A stretch of DNA of 64,000 nucleotides, from positions 175,398,001 through 175,462,000 of the forward strand of contig OZ360220.1 in assembly GCA_977017645.1 (NCBI GenBank), written 5' to 3'. The DNA is from Torpedo marmorata. Lineage: Eukaryota. The translations under genes and the position numbers were made by a program. Positions 1-12,350 of the stretch are shown in pieces. The notes below the pieces were generated by a model. That model was given only the letters and a program-made list of their open reading frames with translations. It did not search any database and was not told where the DNA came from. Position 1 is the first letter of the stretch; each line of letters begins with the position of its first letter.

Positions 1-574
1 AGGCAGCATCCAGGTTCAGTCAGTGTTTTGACCACTTGGCAGGTCATGTTAGAGACTGAACGAAAAAGGGGTGATATCAAGGATTTCATGGGAAGAAACG
101 TATTCCCCTGATATATTCCTTCCCCGATATATCCCCTTGATATCACCCCTTCCAACTTTAGTCTCAATCAAGGGTCCTGACCCAAAACATTGACTGACCA
201 TTTCGATCCATGGATGCGGCCTGACTCGTTGAGTCTCTCCAGCTTCACTTTGTTCATCTGCAGTTTTGTGTTTGTTCGTTGGCAAATTCTTTGTCAAATT
301 TGGGATTAAATAGATCTTCTTATGAAAGGAAGAATGGTATGGGAATTTGAAACTTTGTATTATTAGAGGTTGGAACTACTGAATTGAGTGTATCTAACAT
401 TTTCCTTTCCTCCTTCAACAGTAAGTACTGCTATCCATTAAAAAAAATTCTCAATATCAGAGACATATTCATATTTATTGTAATGACTGAAAAACATGTC
501 TCTGAAACAGGCTCAGAGGCATTTGTAATTTATTTTCAACGTTGGATTTGACATCGAAGGACTGGCAATAATTA

Positions 575-1383
575 CCGTATATTTCGGCGTATAAGTCGAC
601 CCTTGAAACCCTCAAAAATGTCTCAAAAAACGGGGGTCGACTTATACGCCGGATATACTTTTGAGACCTTAAAATAAGCTCAAAATCGAGTTCACGCCGA
701 TTCGGCGTATAAGTCGACCCCTGAAAACACGATTCGGCGTATAGGTCGACCCTGGAAGCGCCTCCCCACCGCCGGCGCCGCCGCTCCCCGACACCTCCCC
801 ACTGCCGGGCGCCGCCATAAACCACCCAGACATTCTACAATTGTAGAGCCTGAGCTCCCCGCTCCTACCCGGGAGAACAAGCTCCCCGTTCCTGCTCGGG
901 AGAACGAGCTCCCCGCTCCTGCTCGGGAGAACGAGCTCCCCGCTCCTGCCTGGGAGAACGAGCTCCCCGCTCCTGCCTGGGAGAACGAGCTCCCCGTTCC
1001 TGCCTGGGAGAACGAGCTCCCCGCTACTGCTCGGGAGAATGAGTCCCCGCTCCTGCTCGGGAGAAAGACGTCGCCGCACCTGCATCTTCCCGGCCAGAAG
1101 CAAAGGTTTATTTTACTGTTTTTTTTACTTACCGGTACTTGCTTAATTTACAGCTTTGTTACTTGGCGATTGGGATGTTGTAACAAATTTTGGGTTGTTG
1201 CTGGGAGGCCCAGACAGCCTGAAAATTGGGGGTCGACTTATACGCCGGTCAATGCGCAACATCTCAGGCATCGAGATTTTTGGGGTCGACTTATACGCCG
1301 GATATACCATAAAACCATTAAAATGAGGCTGAAAAAGGGGGGTCGACTTATACGCCGGTCGACTTATACGCCGAAATATACGG
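575..1383. mobile_element. Non-autonomous pogo/Tigger-type (Tc1/mariner superfamily) MITE, complete copy
   Basis: Perfect 27-bp TIR CCGTATATTTCGGCGTATAAGTCGACC at 575 with its reverse complement ending at 1383; TA on both sides (573-574, 1384-1385); several internal copies of the GGTCGACTTATACGCCG motif; no transposase. Confidence 0.9.
852..1065. repeat. 27-bp tandem repeat inside the MITE
   Basis: About 8 copies of GAGCTCCCCGCTCCTGC(C/T)(C/T)GGGAGAAC; visible as GELVLPGRS repeats in ORF 669..1103. Confidence 0.9.
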
Positions 1384-1431
1384 TATGTCAAAGTTAATAT
1401 ACAAAAGTGCTGGAGAAACTCAGCAGGTCCC

Positions 1432-3205
1432 CTAGTATGGGACAAAGTTGGTCCCCTAGAAGATCAGAGTGGTCGTCTATGTGTGGAGCCTCACGTCGAT
1501 GGGGGAGATCTTAAACAGTTTTTTTGCATCAGTATTTACTCAGGAAACTGGTATAGTGTATAAGGAAGGAAGGGAAACAAGCAGTAGTGGCATGGAACAT
1601 AGAAATTAAAGAGGAGGAGGTGCTTGCTGCCTTACAGCGAATAAAGGTAGATAAATCCCCCGGGCCTGTCATGATATTCCCTTGGACCTTGAGGGAGACT
1701 AGTATAGAAATTGCAGGGGCCCTGGCAGAAATATTTAAAATGTCCTTAGCCACGGGTGAGGTGCCGGAGGATTGGAGGGTAGCTCATGTTGTTCCATTGT
1801 TTAAAAAAGGCTCCAAAAGTAAACCAGGCAATTACAGGCCTGACGTCAGTAGTAGGTAAATTATTGGAGGGTGTTCTGAGAGATCAGGTATACAAGTATT
1901 TGGACAGCCAAGGGCTGATTAAGGATAGTCAGCATGGTTTTGTGCGTGGTAGGTCGTGTTTAACTAATCTTATAGAATTTTTCAAGGAGGTTACCAAGAA
2001 AGTAGATGAAGGAAAGGCTGTGGATGTTGATAACATGGACCTTAGTAAGGCCTTTGACAAGGTCCCACATGGGAGGTTAGTTCAGAAGGTTCAGACACTA
2101 GGTATCCATGGAGAGGTTGTAAACTGGATTCGAAATTGGCTGAATGGGAGAAGACAGAGAGTGGTAGTGGATGATTGCTTCTCAGACTGGAGGCCTGTGA
2201 CTAGTGGTGTGCCTCAGGGATCGGTGCTGGGAACATTGTTGTTTGTTGTCTATATCAATGATCTGGATGATAATGTGGTAAATTGGATCAGCAAGTTTGC
2301 TAATGACACTAAGATTGGAGGTGTTGTGGACAGAGAGGAAGGTTTTCAAAGCTTGCAGAGGGATTTGGACCAACTGGAAAAATAGGCCAGAATATGGCAG
2401 ATGGAATTTAATGCAGACAAGTGTGAGGTGTTGCATTTTGGAAGGACAAACCAAGGTAGGACATACACAGTAAATGGTAGGGCACTGAGTAGTGCGGAGG
2501 AACAAAGGGATCTGGGAATACAGATACATAATTCCCTGAAAGTCACAGGTAGACAGGGTTGTGAAGAAAGCTTTTGGCATCTTGGCCTTCATAAATCAAA
2601 GTATTGAGTACAGGAGTTGGGATGTTATGGTGAGGTTGTATAAGACATTGGTGAGGCCAAATTTGGAGTATTGTGTACAGTTCTGGTCGCCAAACTACAG
2701 GAAGGATATCAGTAAGATTGAAAGAGTGCAGAGAAGATTTACTAGGATGTTGCCGGGCCTTCAGGAGTTGAGTTACAGGGAAAGATTAAACAGGTTAGGA
2801 CTTTATTCCTTGTAGCGTAGAAGAATGAGGGGAGATTTGATAGAGGTTTACAAAATTATGAGAGGTATAGACAGAGTAAATGCAAGTAGGCTCTTTCCAC
2901 TTAGATTAGGAGAGATAAATACAAGAGGACATGGCTTTAGGGTGAAAGGGGAAAGGTTTAGGGAGAACATTAGGGGGAACCTCTTCACTCAGAGCGTGGT
3001 GGGAGTGTGGAACAAGCTGCCATCTGATGTGGTAAATGCAGGCTCACTTAAGTTTTAAGAATAAATTGGATAGATACATGGATGGGAGAGGTCTGGAGGG
3101 TTATGGAATGGGTGCAGGTCAGTGGGACTAGTGGAATGATGTTTTGGCACAGACTAGATGGGCCGAATGGCCTGTTTTATGTGTTGTAGTGTTCTATGGT
3201 TCTAT
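1432..3205 (+). mobile_element. CR1-clade LINE, 5'-truncated, frameshifted RT
   Basis: ORFs 1587..3058 with KSPGP, QHGF..GRSCLTNL, DLSKAFDKVPH, GVPQGSVLG, FANDTK, LEYCVQFWSP; (TTCTATGG)n tail; GGTCCC duplicated at 1426-1431 and 3206-3211. Confidence 0.92.
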
Positions 3206-3465
3206 GGTCCCACAGCATCCATAGGAGGCAAAGATACAATATATAACCAATGTTTAGGGCCTGAGCCATTTGTCAAGGTATGAGCAAAAAGCAGGAGTCG
3301 CCTGAATAAAAAGGTGGGGGGAGGAGGGAAGAAGGGGCAGGGGAGGAGCATAAGCCAACAGCCAAGGTGGACATGGATGGGAGGGCAGGAGAGAAAAGCT
3401 GAGAACTAATCGGGGGAGGGGGTAGCTCTTGAATGCAGAGCTGGATGAAAGGAGACAGAGGAATA

Positions 3466-3469
<4 letters not shown>

Positions 3470-3507
<38 letters not shown>

Positions 3508-3511
3508 CAGA
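3470..3511. repeat. (GA)n microsatellite
   Basis: Direct reading. Confidence 0.95.
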
Positions 3512-4162
3512 GCTGGAGGAATGGAAACATAGGGAAAGGAAGAGATGGGGGGGGTGGTGGGTTTACGGAAACCGGAGAAGTCGATGTTAATGCCCTCTGG
3601 TTGGAGAGTGCCTCGACGGAATATGAGGTGTTGTCCCTCCAATTTGCAAGAGGTCTCAGTGTTTGGCAGTGCATGAGACCATGGACGGACATGTTGGCAT
3701 GGGAATGGGGTGGGGAATTGAAATGAGATGCCACTGGGAGATCCCCGCTATTGCAGTGGACAGAGCAAAGGTGCTTAACGAAGCGATCTCCCAGTCTGCG
3801 CCCAGTCTTTCCGATGTAGAAGAGGCTACAACAGGAGCACCAGATGCAGTAGATGATCCTTGCAGATTCACTTGGAAGGACTGTTTGGGGCCCCGAATTG
3901 TGGTGAGGGAGGATGAGTGGGCTCAAATGTAGCATTTCATGCGTTCATAGGGGTAGGTACCAAGGGGGCGATTTGTGGGAAGGGAGGAGTGGTCGAGGGG
4001 GTCACAGAGGGAGTGATCCCTGCGGAAAGCAGCGAGAGGAGGAGAGTGGAAGATGTGTCTGGTGGTGGGATCACTTTGTAGGTGGCAGAAATTGTGGACG
4101 ATGATATGTTGGATGCAGAGGCTGGTGGGGTGGTAGGTGAAGACAAGGGGAATCTTGTCCTT

Positions 4163-5654
4163 CTTCTCTTCTTAATATTTTATTTAAAATTTTTAAATCA
4201 CAAAATACATAAAATAAAATATAAAATTATCAAATTATTTGTGATACATTTTCACCCCCCCTCCCTCCCTCCCCTCCCCAACCCTCCCAACCCCACTAAT
4301 CTAAGAAAAATAAAAATATAAAATAAAAATAGAAAAAGAAGAAGAAAAAGATAGAGTAAGGAGAATGCCAATCTATAAACTAATTCTATTATGGATGTCA
4401 AATATGCCAGTAGATCCGATATCCAGAGATCTTCAAATCCTTAAACCAACAACTTTCATATATGGGCTCCAAATTTTTAAGAAAAAATTATATTTGTTAC
4501 GTAAATTATAAGTAATTTTTTCAAGTGGTATACACGAACGAAGTTCTGCATGCCATCTTTCTAAACCTAAATCTAAATCAGATTTCCAAGTAATAGCAAT
4601 ACATTTCTTTGAAACAGCTAAAGCAATTCGCAAAAATTCTATTTGATACATATTTAATTTCATCTTAATACTAAATTTTCTAATATCTCCAAACAAAAAT
4701 ATCATAGGATCCATTGGAAATGTAATCTTAAATACTTTATCTAAAATTTTTTTAACTTTCAACCAAAAATCATAAACTTTTGGACAAAACCATGTAGAAT
4801 GTACAAAAGAACCCTCCTCTTTATTGCATCTAAAACATAAACCTGATAATGTCAGATTAAATTTCTTTAGTTTTTTAGGTGTTAAATATAATTGATGAAA
4901 AAAATTGTATTGTACTAATCTATATCTAACATTAATAATCTTCGTCATACTTAATTTACATAATTCTTTCCAATGATTTTTATCTATTCTTACATTCAAA
5001 TCTAATTCCCATTTTAATCTTGATTTATTAATTCCTACTTTAGGCATTTTCCTCTGAAACAATTTATACATTTGAGAAATAAATTTATTGACATCTCCTT
5101 TAGTAACTAATAATTCTAATTCATTCTGTCTTGATAAAATCAAAGCATAACCTAATTTCTCAATCAAAAAAGCTCTAATTTGATAATAAGCAAAAAGTGT
5201 ATTATCTAATATATTAAATTTATCTTTCATTCTTTGAAAAGTAATAAATTTCCCAGCTTCAAAACAATCATTAATCTTCTTAATTCCTTTTTGAAACCAA
5301 ATTTTAAATAATTGATTATTAATAGTAAATGGAATAAGTCCATTTTGATATAAAGGCATCCTTGAAGAAATCAATCCTTTTCCTCCTATTTCCTTATCCG
5401 TCTTATTCCATATTTCTAACAAATGTTTAAAAATAGGCGAATTTTTCTTTCTTGTTGTTATTAATTTAGAATCCCATTTATAAATAACTTATTCTTTGGA
5501 ATCTTCTCCTATATTATTTAATTCTATTTTAATCCAAGCAGAAGATTTAGTTGAATCAAAAAATTCATTAACAAATTTTAGTTGAGCAGCTTTATAATAA
5601 TTTTGGAAATTAGGAAGTTGTAAACCACCCATTTCATAATTCCAAGTTAATTTT
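4163..5654 (-). mobile_element. L1-clade LINE, 5'-truncated (ORF2 C-terminus plus 3'UTR)
   Basis: ORF 4433..5422 with Cys-rich motif CFRC..H..WFC; G-rich 3'UTR and AATAAA on the minus strand; 15-bp TSD GGGAATCTTGTCCTT at 4148-4162 and 5655-5669. Confidence 0.93.
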
Positions 5655-5893
5655 GGGAATCTTGTCCTTGTTGCATTTGGGGGTGGATGGGGCCAGGGCA
5701 GATGCGTGGGAAATGGAGGATATGTGTTTGAGGGTCGAGTTGATGGTAGTAGAGGGGAAGCCATGTTTTTTGAAGGAGGAGGATATCTCGGATGATCTCT
5801 CATGGAAGACCTCGTCCTGGGAGCAAAATCGATCACAAATTGTTTCAGCTCCTGTCAATCCATCAGCGATCCAAAGAACATTACCCTCTCTCA

Positions 5894-6197
5894 GGGGTAG
5901 CATGATCACACAGCTAGTAGAGTCGCTGTCTCACGGTACAATCCTGAATTCTAGCGTTGCCTGCAGAGTTCACAAATTGTCCATGTAACCGCATGGGCAT
6001 TCCACAGGCAGTCAGGTTTCCCCCCACATCCCAAAGACATGGCGGTCGGCAGATTAATTGGCTACCAGAAATTGTACCTTATGTGCAGATGTGGGTGAGG
6101 TGGAAAATAAAGTAAATGATGATTGTAGGATTGGAGTAAATGAGTGGTTGATGGTCAGCATGGACTCATGGCCTGTTTCTGTGATGTATCTCTCTAT
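5894..6197 (+). mobile_element. Degraded tRNA-derived SINE (V-SINE/HE1-like)
   Basis: tRNA-like head, central CCCCACATCCCAAAGAC motif, LINE-like 3' tail; similar to 12104-12350. Confidence 0.55.
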
Positions 6198-6697
6198 GGC
6201 TCTACAAGTGGAGCTTGGTAGCAAAATCAAAATACTGCAGATGTCGAAAATCCAACACTCATGCCGAAGATGCGCAGAATTTGACGTTGACGAGTTTGCA
6301 GGATGAGGAGTGATTAGAATTTCACAGGCTTTAAGATCCAGAGAAATGGGCAAGGATGGAGAGAATAAAAGGGAACGTCAGTGATTGGGTGGAAGACAGG
6401 AAGATCTTAAAAGACAGAGGGATACTAGTCTAAAGCAACAAAAGCATAGACTGTCATCATTGACAGAGTGGGCCGAAGTGTTTCAGTGCTGTATGACTGA
6501 TTCCATGACCTCTGGGAGTGAAAATGCAGAAATATTAGCTGGAATTCCTAAAGAAATTAGGAATCAATTCTGGAAGTCTGGAATAAAAATGTTGGGAATA
6601 CGCTCTCCGAATTGTTGAATTCATTGTTACATCAGGAAGGCTGTAATGTACCTAATTAGCAATTGAACATTGACTTTCCAATCAACATTTCTGACCT

Positions 6698-8495
6698 TCA
6701 GATTCCAGATTTCAGATTTATCAGATTTCAGATTTATTGTCAGAGTACATACATAACATCACATACAACCCAAAGGTTCCTTTTTCCTGCGGGCGCGGCA
6801 GAATTACCACTAATTGGTAGTGCAAAAAATAAACTGTACACAGCGTAAACATGTAAACAAATAAAAGAACTGTAAACAGATAACGAATGTAAACAAACTG
6901 TGCAATACAGAGAGAACAAAGAAAATCAATAAAGTGCACAAGTAAGAGTCCTTAAATGAGTCTCTGATTGAGTTTGTCGTTGAGGATTCTGATGGTGGAG
7001 GGGTAGCAGCTGTTCCTGAACCTGGTGGTGCGAGTCTTGTGGCACCTATACCTCTTTCCTGATGGCAGCAGCGAGAACAGAGCGTGTGCTGGGTGGTGTG
7101 GGTCTTTGATGATTGCTGCTGCCCTCCGATAGCAGCGTTCACTATTGTACTCAATAGTGGGTAGGATTTTGCCTGTGATGTCCTGGGCTGTGTCCACTAC
7201 CTTTTGGAGGGCTTTACACTCAGGGGTATTGGTGTTCCCATACCAGACCATGATGCAGCCGGTCAACACACTTTCCACCACACCTCTGTAGAAATTTGCC
7301 AGGGTTTCTGGTGTCAAACAAAACCTCCGCAAACTCCTGAGGAGGTAGAGGCGCTGACGTGCTTTCTTCACGATGCCATTGGTGTGTTGGGTCCAGGAAA
7401 GATCCTTCAAGATAGTGACTCCCAAGAACTTGAATGTGCTCACCCTCTCCACCTCTGATCCCCCAATGATCACTTGATTGAATACCTCTGGCTTTCCTTT
7501 CCTGAAGTCAACAATTAGCTCCTTAGTTTTGGTGACATTGAGTGCAAGGTTGTTGTTGGTGCACCATTCAGCCAAGTTTTCAATCTCCATCCTGCATGCT
7601 GACTCATCCCCTTCCTTTATAGAACCCACTACTGTGGTATCGTCGGCAAATTTGTAGATGGTGTTATTGTCATACCGAGCTACACAGACGTAGGTGTAAA
7701 GTGAGTAGAGCAGGGGGCTAAGAACGCAGCCCTGTGGTGCTCCAGTACTGATGGAGATTGTGGAGGAGAAGTTCTTACCAATCTTCACTGATTGTGGTCT
7801 GGAGGTGAGGAAATCCATGATCCAATTACACAGTGGGGTGTTAACTCCCAGGTCTTGGAGTTTGCTGATCAGTTTGAGGGGATGATGGTGTTAAATGCCA
7901 AACTGTAGTCGATAAAGAGCATCCTGATGTATGCATCTTTGCTGTCCAGGTGTTCCAGGGCTTTGTGTAGAGCCAGTGAGATGGCATCCGCCGTAGACCT
8001 GTTTCTACGATAGGCGAACTGGAATGGATCCATGTCACTGCTCAGACAGGAGCTTCATTACCAGCCTTGCAAAACACTTCATCACTGTTGATGTAAGTGT
8101 GACTGGTCGATAGTCGTTAAGGCATGTTACTGCACTCTTCTTGGGCACGGGAATGATTGACGCCTGTTTGAAACAGGGGGGTACCACGCCCTGCTGGAGT
8201 GAGATATTGAAGATATCCTTGAATACCTTGGTAAGTTGATCAGCACAGATCTTTAATACTCGGCCAGGTACTCCATCCGGGCCGGATGCTTTCCTCGGAT
8301 TCACTCTCCTGAAGGCAGCATGCACGTCATCCTCAGATATGGACAGGATGGGATCGTCAGGGGACGTGGGGGTGCGGAGGGGTGGTTCTTCCCTGTTATT
8401 AAATCGGGCGTAGAAGGCGTTGAGTTCCTCTGGGAGAGAAGCTTTGCCGTCTGCTACTTTACCGGATTTGATCTTGATCTTGATCTCCTTAACTT
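6698..8495 (-). mobile_element. Rex1/Babar-clade LINE, 5'-truncated
   Basis: ORFs 8035..8508 and 6952..7818 with [52 protein letters not shown]; AATAAA plus (AATCTG)-like tail at 6698-6740. Confidence 0.9.
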
Positions 8496-9324
8496 CACTC
8501 AGCATCACTGTTCAAGTTGTTCATTGGCAGCTGCCTCACACTAGCTCAATGCCTCCCTTGCAGGAAGTGACATTTGCACATATCTGCAACACACTTCCTC
8601 CTCTCCTGCAATGAATGCTTCGTCCCCATTCAGTGACCATGAGGTCAGGATTCAGGAAAACAGGAATAACAGTATCATTGTGTTGAAAACTCAAGAGGAT
8701 GCAGAAGTTCCTGTTAAAAAGAAAGGCATTTCTATGAAAAAGGACAAATGTTGCAAAATGGGTTCTGCAGCAATGATACCTTCACTGCTTTTTTTTTCAT
8801 TTATTCATGATTTTGGGAGCTGAGTCTCACTGGCAAGACCCACACTTATTGTCCATCCAGAATTACCCTCGAGAAGATGGTAATGAGCTGTCTTCTTGAA
8901 CTGCTACCGTCCTTCTGATTATTAACTGCAGTGCATTTTATAAATGGTACAGACTCCAGCCACTATGTGTCACTGGTGGAGGCATTGCATATTTAGATAG
9001 GTGGAGAGGGCACCAGTCAATCAGGTTACTTTCTCCTGGATGCTGTTGAGTTTCCTGTGTGTTATTGGAGTTCCACTCATTCAGGCAAGCAGGACATAGC
9101 TAAAAAATTAAGAAAGAGGATGAGGAGAAGCCACCTGGTGCTTCATACCTGCTTCTCTCCTCATTAAGATAAGTGCAAATTGCTCAGTACCAATTTCCAC
9201 TACGAATCCTGTGTCCCTTCATTTTGTTAATGTCCAGAAATCTATCAGTCTGCATTTTGAACACAACTACCGATGCTTCAGAACTACATTGAGTAGTGAA
9301 TCCAGAAGGTTCTCAGAGGCAAGA

Positions 9325-10143
9325 CAGGAAATTGCTGAGAGGCAAGTGAGGAGATTGTTGGGGACTTGACGAAGATCTTTTATCCCCACTAGCATCTGTC
9401 GAGGCCCTGGAGGGTTGGAGAGTAGCCAATGTTGTAGCATTGTTTAATCAGGGAAATAGGGATAATCCCAGAAATTATAGACCATTGAACCCCACGTCAG
9501 TGATAGAGAAGCTGTGGAGAGGTCATTTAGGGATAGGATTTGGAAAGGCAGAGTCAGATTAGGGACAGTCATCCTCTTGAAGTTTTGTGGAGGCAGGTCT
9601 TCCAAATCTGATTGTTTTTTTGAGGAGGTGATGGATGATGAGGGTAGGGCAGTGGATATCGTCTACATTGTCTTTAGTGAGACATTTGGCAAGGTTCATC
9701 ATGATAGGCTGATCCAGAAGGTAAAGATGCTTGGAATCCATGGTAATTTGATGTTTTGGAAAGGTGTTATTCTAGAATCTAGATGGAGGTCTGTGACCAT
9801 AATGTTCTACATGAATCAGCGTTGGAATCTCTATTGTTTATGATATATATATAAATGAGGATGAAAAAATGGGTGGGTTAGTAAGTTTGCAGATGATACA
9901 AAGATTGTTGAACTTGTGGACAGTGTAGAGGGCTGTCAAACAACACAACAGGATATATATCAGTTACACATGTGGGCAGAGAAATGGCAGATGGAGTTTA
10001 ATCTGGACAAATGTGAGGTGCTGCACTTTGTTAAAGTATACAGTTAATGGCAGGCCTCTTAAATGCCTTGATGTAGAGAGGGATCTGAGTTCCAGGCCCA
10101 CATCTCCCTGAAAGTGACCACACAAGCAGATAGGGTGGTAAAG
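9325..10143 (+). mobile_element. Degraded CR1 RT fragment
   Basis: Remnants of EGWRVANVV, GRAVDIVY, KFADDTKI, WAEKWQMEFNLDKCEVLHF with many disruptions. Confidence 0.8.
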
Positions 10144-10435
10144 TTCTCTTCTCCCCTCCCACCTGTGTCCAACTATTGCTTATTACCTGTTAGCCTGTGT
10201 TCCTCCCCCTTTTCCTACCCTTCCACCCCTCCCCCCCCCTCCCCCCCCCCCCCCCCACCTCCCCACACCTTTTTATTCAGGCATCTGCCTGCTTTTCGGC
10301 ACTCCTGAAGAAGGGCTCAGGCTCAAAATATCGACTGCCTTTTACTTTCTATGGATGCAGCATGCCCTGCTGAGTTTCTCCTGCACTTTTATGTACTGCA
10401 CTAGACCCCAGCACCTGTAGATTTTCTTGTTTACC
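10144..10435 (+). mobile_element. Penelope-like terminal repeat fragment
   Basis: C-rich tract followed by CCTGAAGAAGGGCTCAGGCTCAAAA and CTGCTGAGTTTCTCC, matching the other PLE termini in the window. Confidence 0.7.
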
Positions 10436-11352
10436 ACCAGTATCTGAAATATGTTTTAAATAATGCTTCCTTTGATCCTTTTCCAGGAATGTTTAAATGT
10501 TACAACATAAGAAATAGAAACAAGAATAAGCCATGCAGCTGCTTATGCCCACTCTATCATTTAATAATTTAATGGCTGAGTTTTTACCTCAGCACCACTC
10601 TTTTCATCAATGTTTCGACCTTTGATTCTTTTAAATGTCTAACAACGATCAACCTTTCTCTGAATTGACTCAGCAACACTAGCCTCCACCACTCTCTAAG
10701 GACATGAATTTCAAAGATTCACCACTCTTTGGGTAAAGAAATTTCTTCTCATCTCATGAATATTTTGAGACTGTGACTGGCTCCAGACACACCACTGAGG
10801 GTACACATCTTCACTATATCCACCCCGTCGAGCCCATAACAATTTGTACATTTCAATTGGATCACTTTTTATGCTTAGGGCAGTATAGGTTTAGACTGAT
10901 TAATCCCTCCTTACATGACAAATCTCCTATCCCAAGAATAATTCTGATGAATCTTTACCACATTCCCTCCATTTCAAGATTCTTCCTTAGGCAGGATAGA
11001 TCAGACCCATGAGCAATTTGGCGGATGCGTTCTCCATATAATTGGGGCAAGACGTTTCTACTCTTTTACTCAAATCCATTTACAGTAAAGGTAAAAATAT
11101 TGTTTGCATTCCAAATTGCTTGCTGAACTTGCACATTTAGTGCGTTGTGTATAAGGTCACCCAAATCTGTCTGAACATCAACAATTTCTCACCATTTCGA
11201 AAAGACACTGCTTTTCTCTTTATTTCTACTTGTACATCTTCCCACATTATATTCCATCTGCCAAGTCATTGCCCATTCATTATGCCTATCTATATCTCCA
11301 AGGTCTTTCTGTATCCTTTCCACAGTTCAAATTATCACCCCGTTTTGTTAAA

Positions 11353-11838
11353 GTAAAAAACACAAAAGCTGGAGAACTCAGCAGGTCAAACAGTGTCTTT
11401 TATGAAGCAAAGGTAGAAATACATAACCGACGTTTCAGGCTTGAGCCCTTCTTCAAAGTATGAGAAAATGCCGGCAGACGTCCGAACAAAGGAGTGAGGG
11501 GGGAAGGGGGGTGGGAAAGGCAGGAGATAATAGGTGGAGAAAGGAGGGAGGGGACAGTAGCAAAGAGGGGGAGGAGGGATGGCTGGGTAGCTGGAGAAAC
11601 ACAGGAAGGACAGGTGAGGGGGGAGGGGAAGGGAACAACAAGCAGGTTTAGTGGAAAGCAGAAAAGTCAATGTTAATTCCATCTGGCTGGAGAGTGCCGA
11701 GACGGAATATGAGATGTTGTTCCTCCAGTTTGCGGGTAGTCTGGGTGGGATAGTACATGAGGCCATGGACAGACATGTGAGTGTGGGAGTGTGACCCAGA
11801 ATTGAAATGGTTGGCCACTGGGAGGTCGCTGTTGTTGC
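11353..11838 (-). mobile_element. Penelope-like element 3' fragment with terminal repeat
   Basis: Similar to 3206-3750 (GIY-YIG C-terminus, purine tract, hammerhead-like motif at 11422-11462). Confidence 0.8.
11422..11462 (-). ncRNA. Minimal hammerhead ribozyme-like motif (PLE type)
   Basis: Minus strand reads CATACT TTGAAGA AGGGC TCAA GCCT GAAAC GTC GGTTATG: core boxes (C3 replaced by U), stem II and a bulged stem I. Confidence 0.55.
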
Positions 11839-12103
11839 ATCAGTTTTGTAACATCAAGTTTATTTCGATATGTTATTCATCTAATTCATTGATACTTTCC
11901 TTTCTTAAACAGAGAGTTTACATTTGCTACTTTCCAAGCCATAGAAACCATCAGAGAGTCTAAGGATTATCAGAAGATGACAAACAATTTATCCCATATC
12001 TCCAGTGACATCTCTTTCAAAATCCTATCACATCCTGGGGATCTACTAATTTTCCATCCCATCAATTTCTCCAATCATAGTTTTTATCAACCAATGTTAA
12101 ATT

Positions 12104-12350
12104 AGGGTGGTACGGATAATGTAGCAGTTAGTGCAACACTATTACAGCTCCAGCGACCTGGGTTCGAATCTGCCGCTCTCTGTAAGAAGTTTATACGTTC
12201 TCCTCATGTTTGTGTGGGCTTCCCCTGGGTGCTCTGGTTTCCTCCCATGTTCCAAAGACGGATGGGGTTAGTAGGTTAATTGGTCACATGGGTATAATTG
12301 GACAGCACAGGCTCGTGGGCCAGAAGGATCTGTTACCGTGCTGTATCTCT
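12104..12350 (+). mobile_element. tRNA-derived SINE (V-SINE/HE1-like)
   Basis: A-box-like TAGCAGTTAGT, B-box GGTTCGAATC, conserved central domain, LINE-like tail GGGCCAGAAGGATCTGTTACCGTGCTGTAT. Confidence 0.8.

Larger units (their letters stand above)
1398..5830 (-). mobile_element. Penelope-like element 3' part (GIY-YIG endonuclease plus terminal repeat), split by a CR1 and an L1
   Basis: ORF 3273..3935 has IIYCIWCSCCSLFYIGKTGRRLGDRF..H (GIY-YIG); 5670-5830 encodes the upstream PLE segment (CSQDEVFHERSSEISSSFKKHGFP); pieces 1398-1431, 3206-4162 and 5670-5830 join across TSDs. Confidence 0.8.

Noticed and set aside
399-427. Pyrimidine tract plus CAACAGTAAGT resembling a recursive splice site or microexon
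   Set aside because: AG and GT share one G rather than forming AG|GT, and there is no supporting exon.
852-1065. Regular 27-bp repeats resembling a CRISPR array or a repeat protein (GELVLPGRS)n
   Set aside because: Head-to-tail with no unique spacers, inside a MITE, in eukaryotic DNA; the open frame follows from the unit length being a multiple of three.
12104-12175. tRNA gene (also 21804-21875)
   Set aside because: A/B boxes continue into a SINE body and tail, with no convincing cloverleaf.
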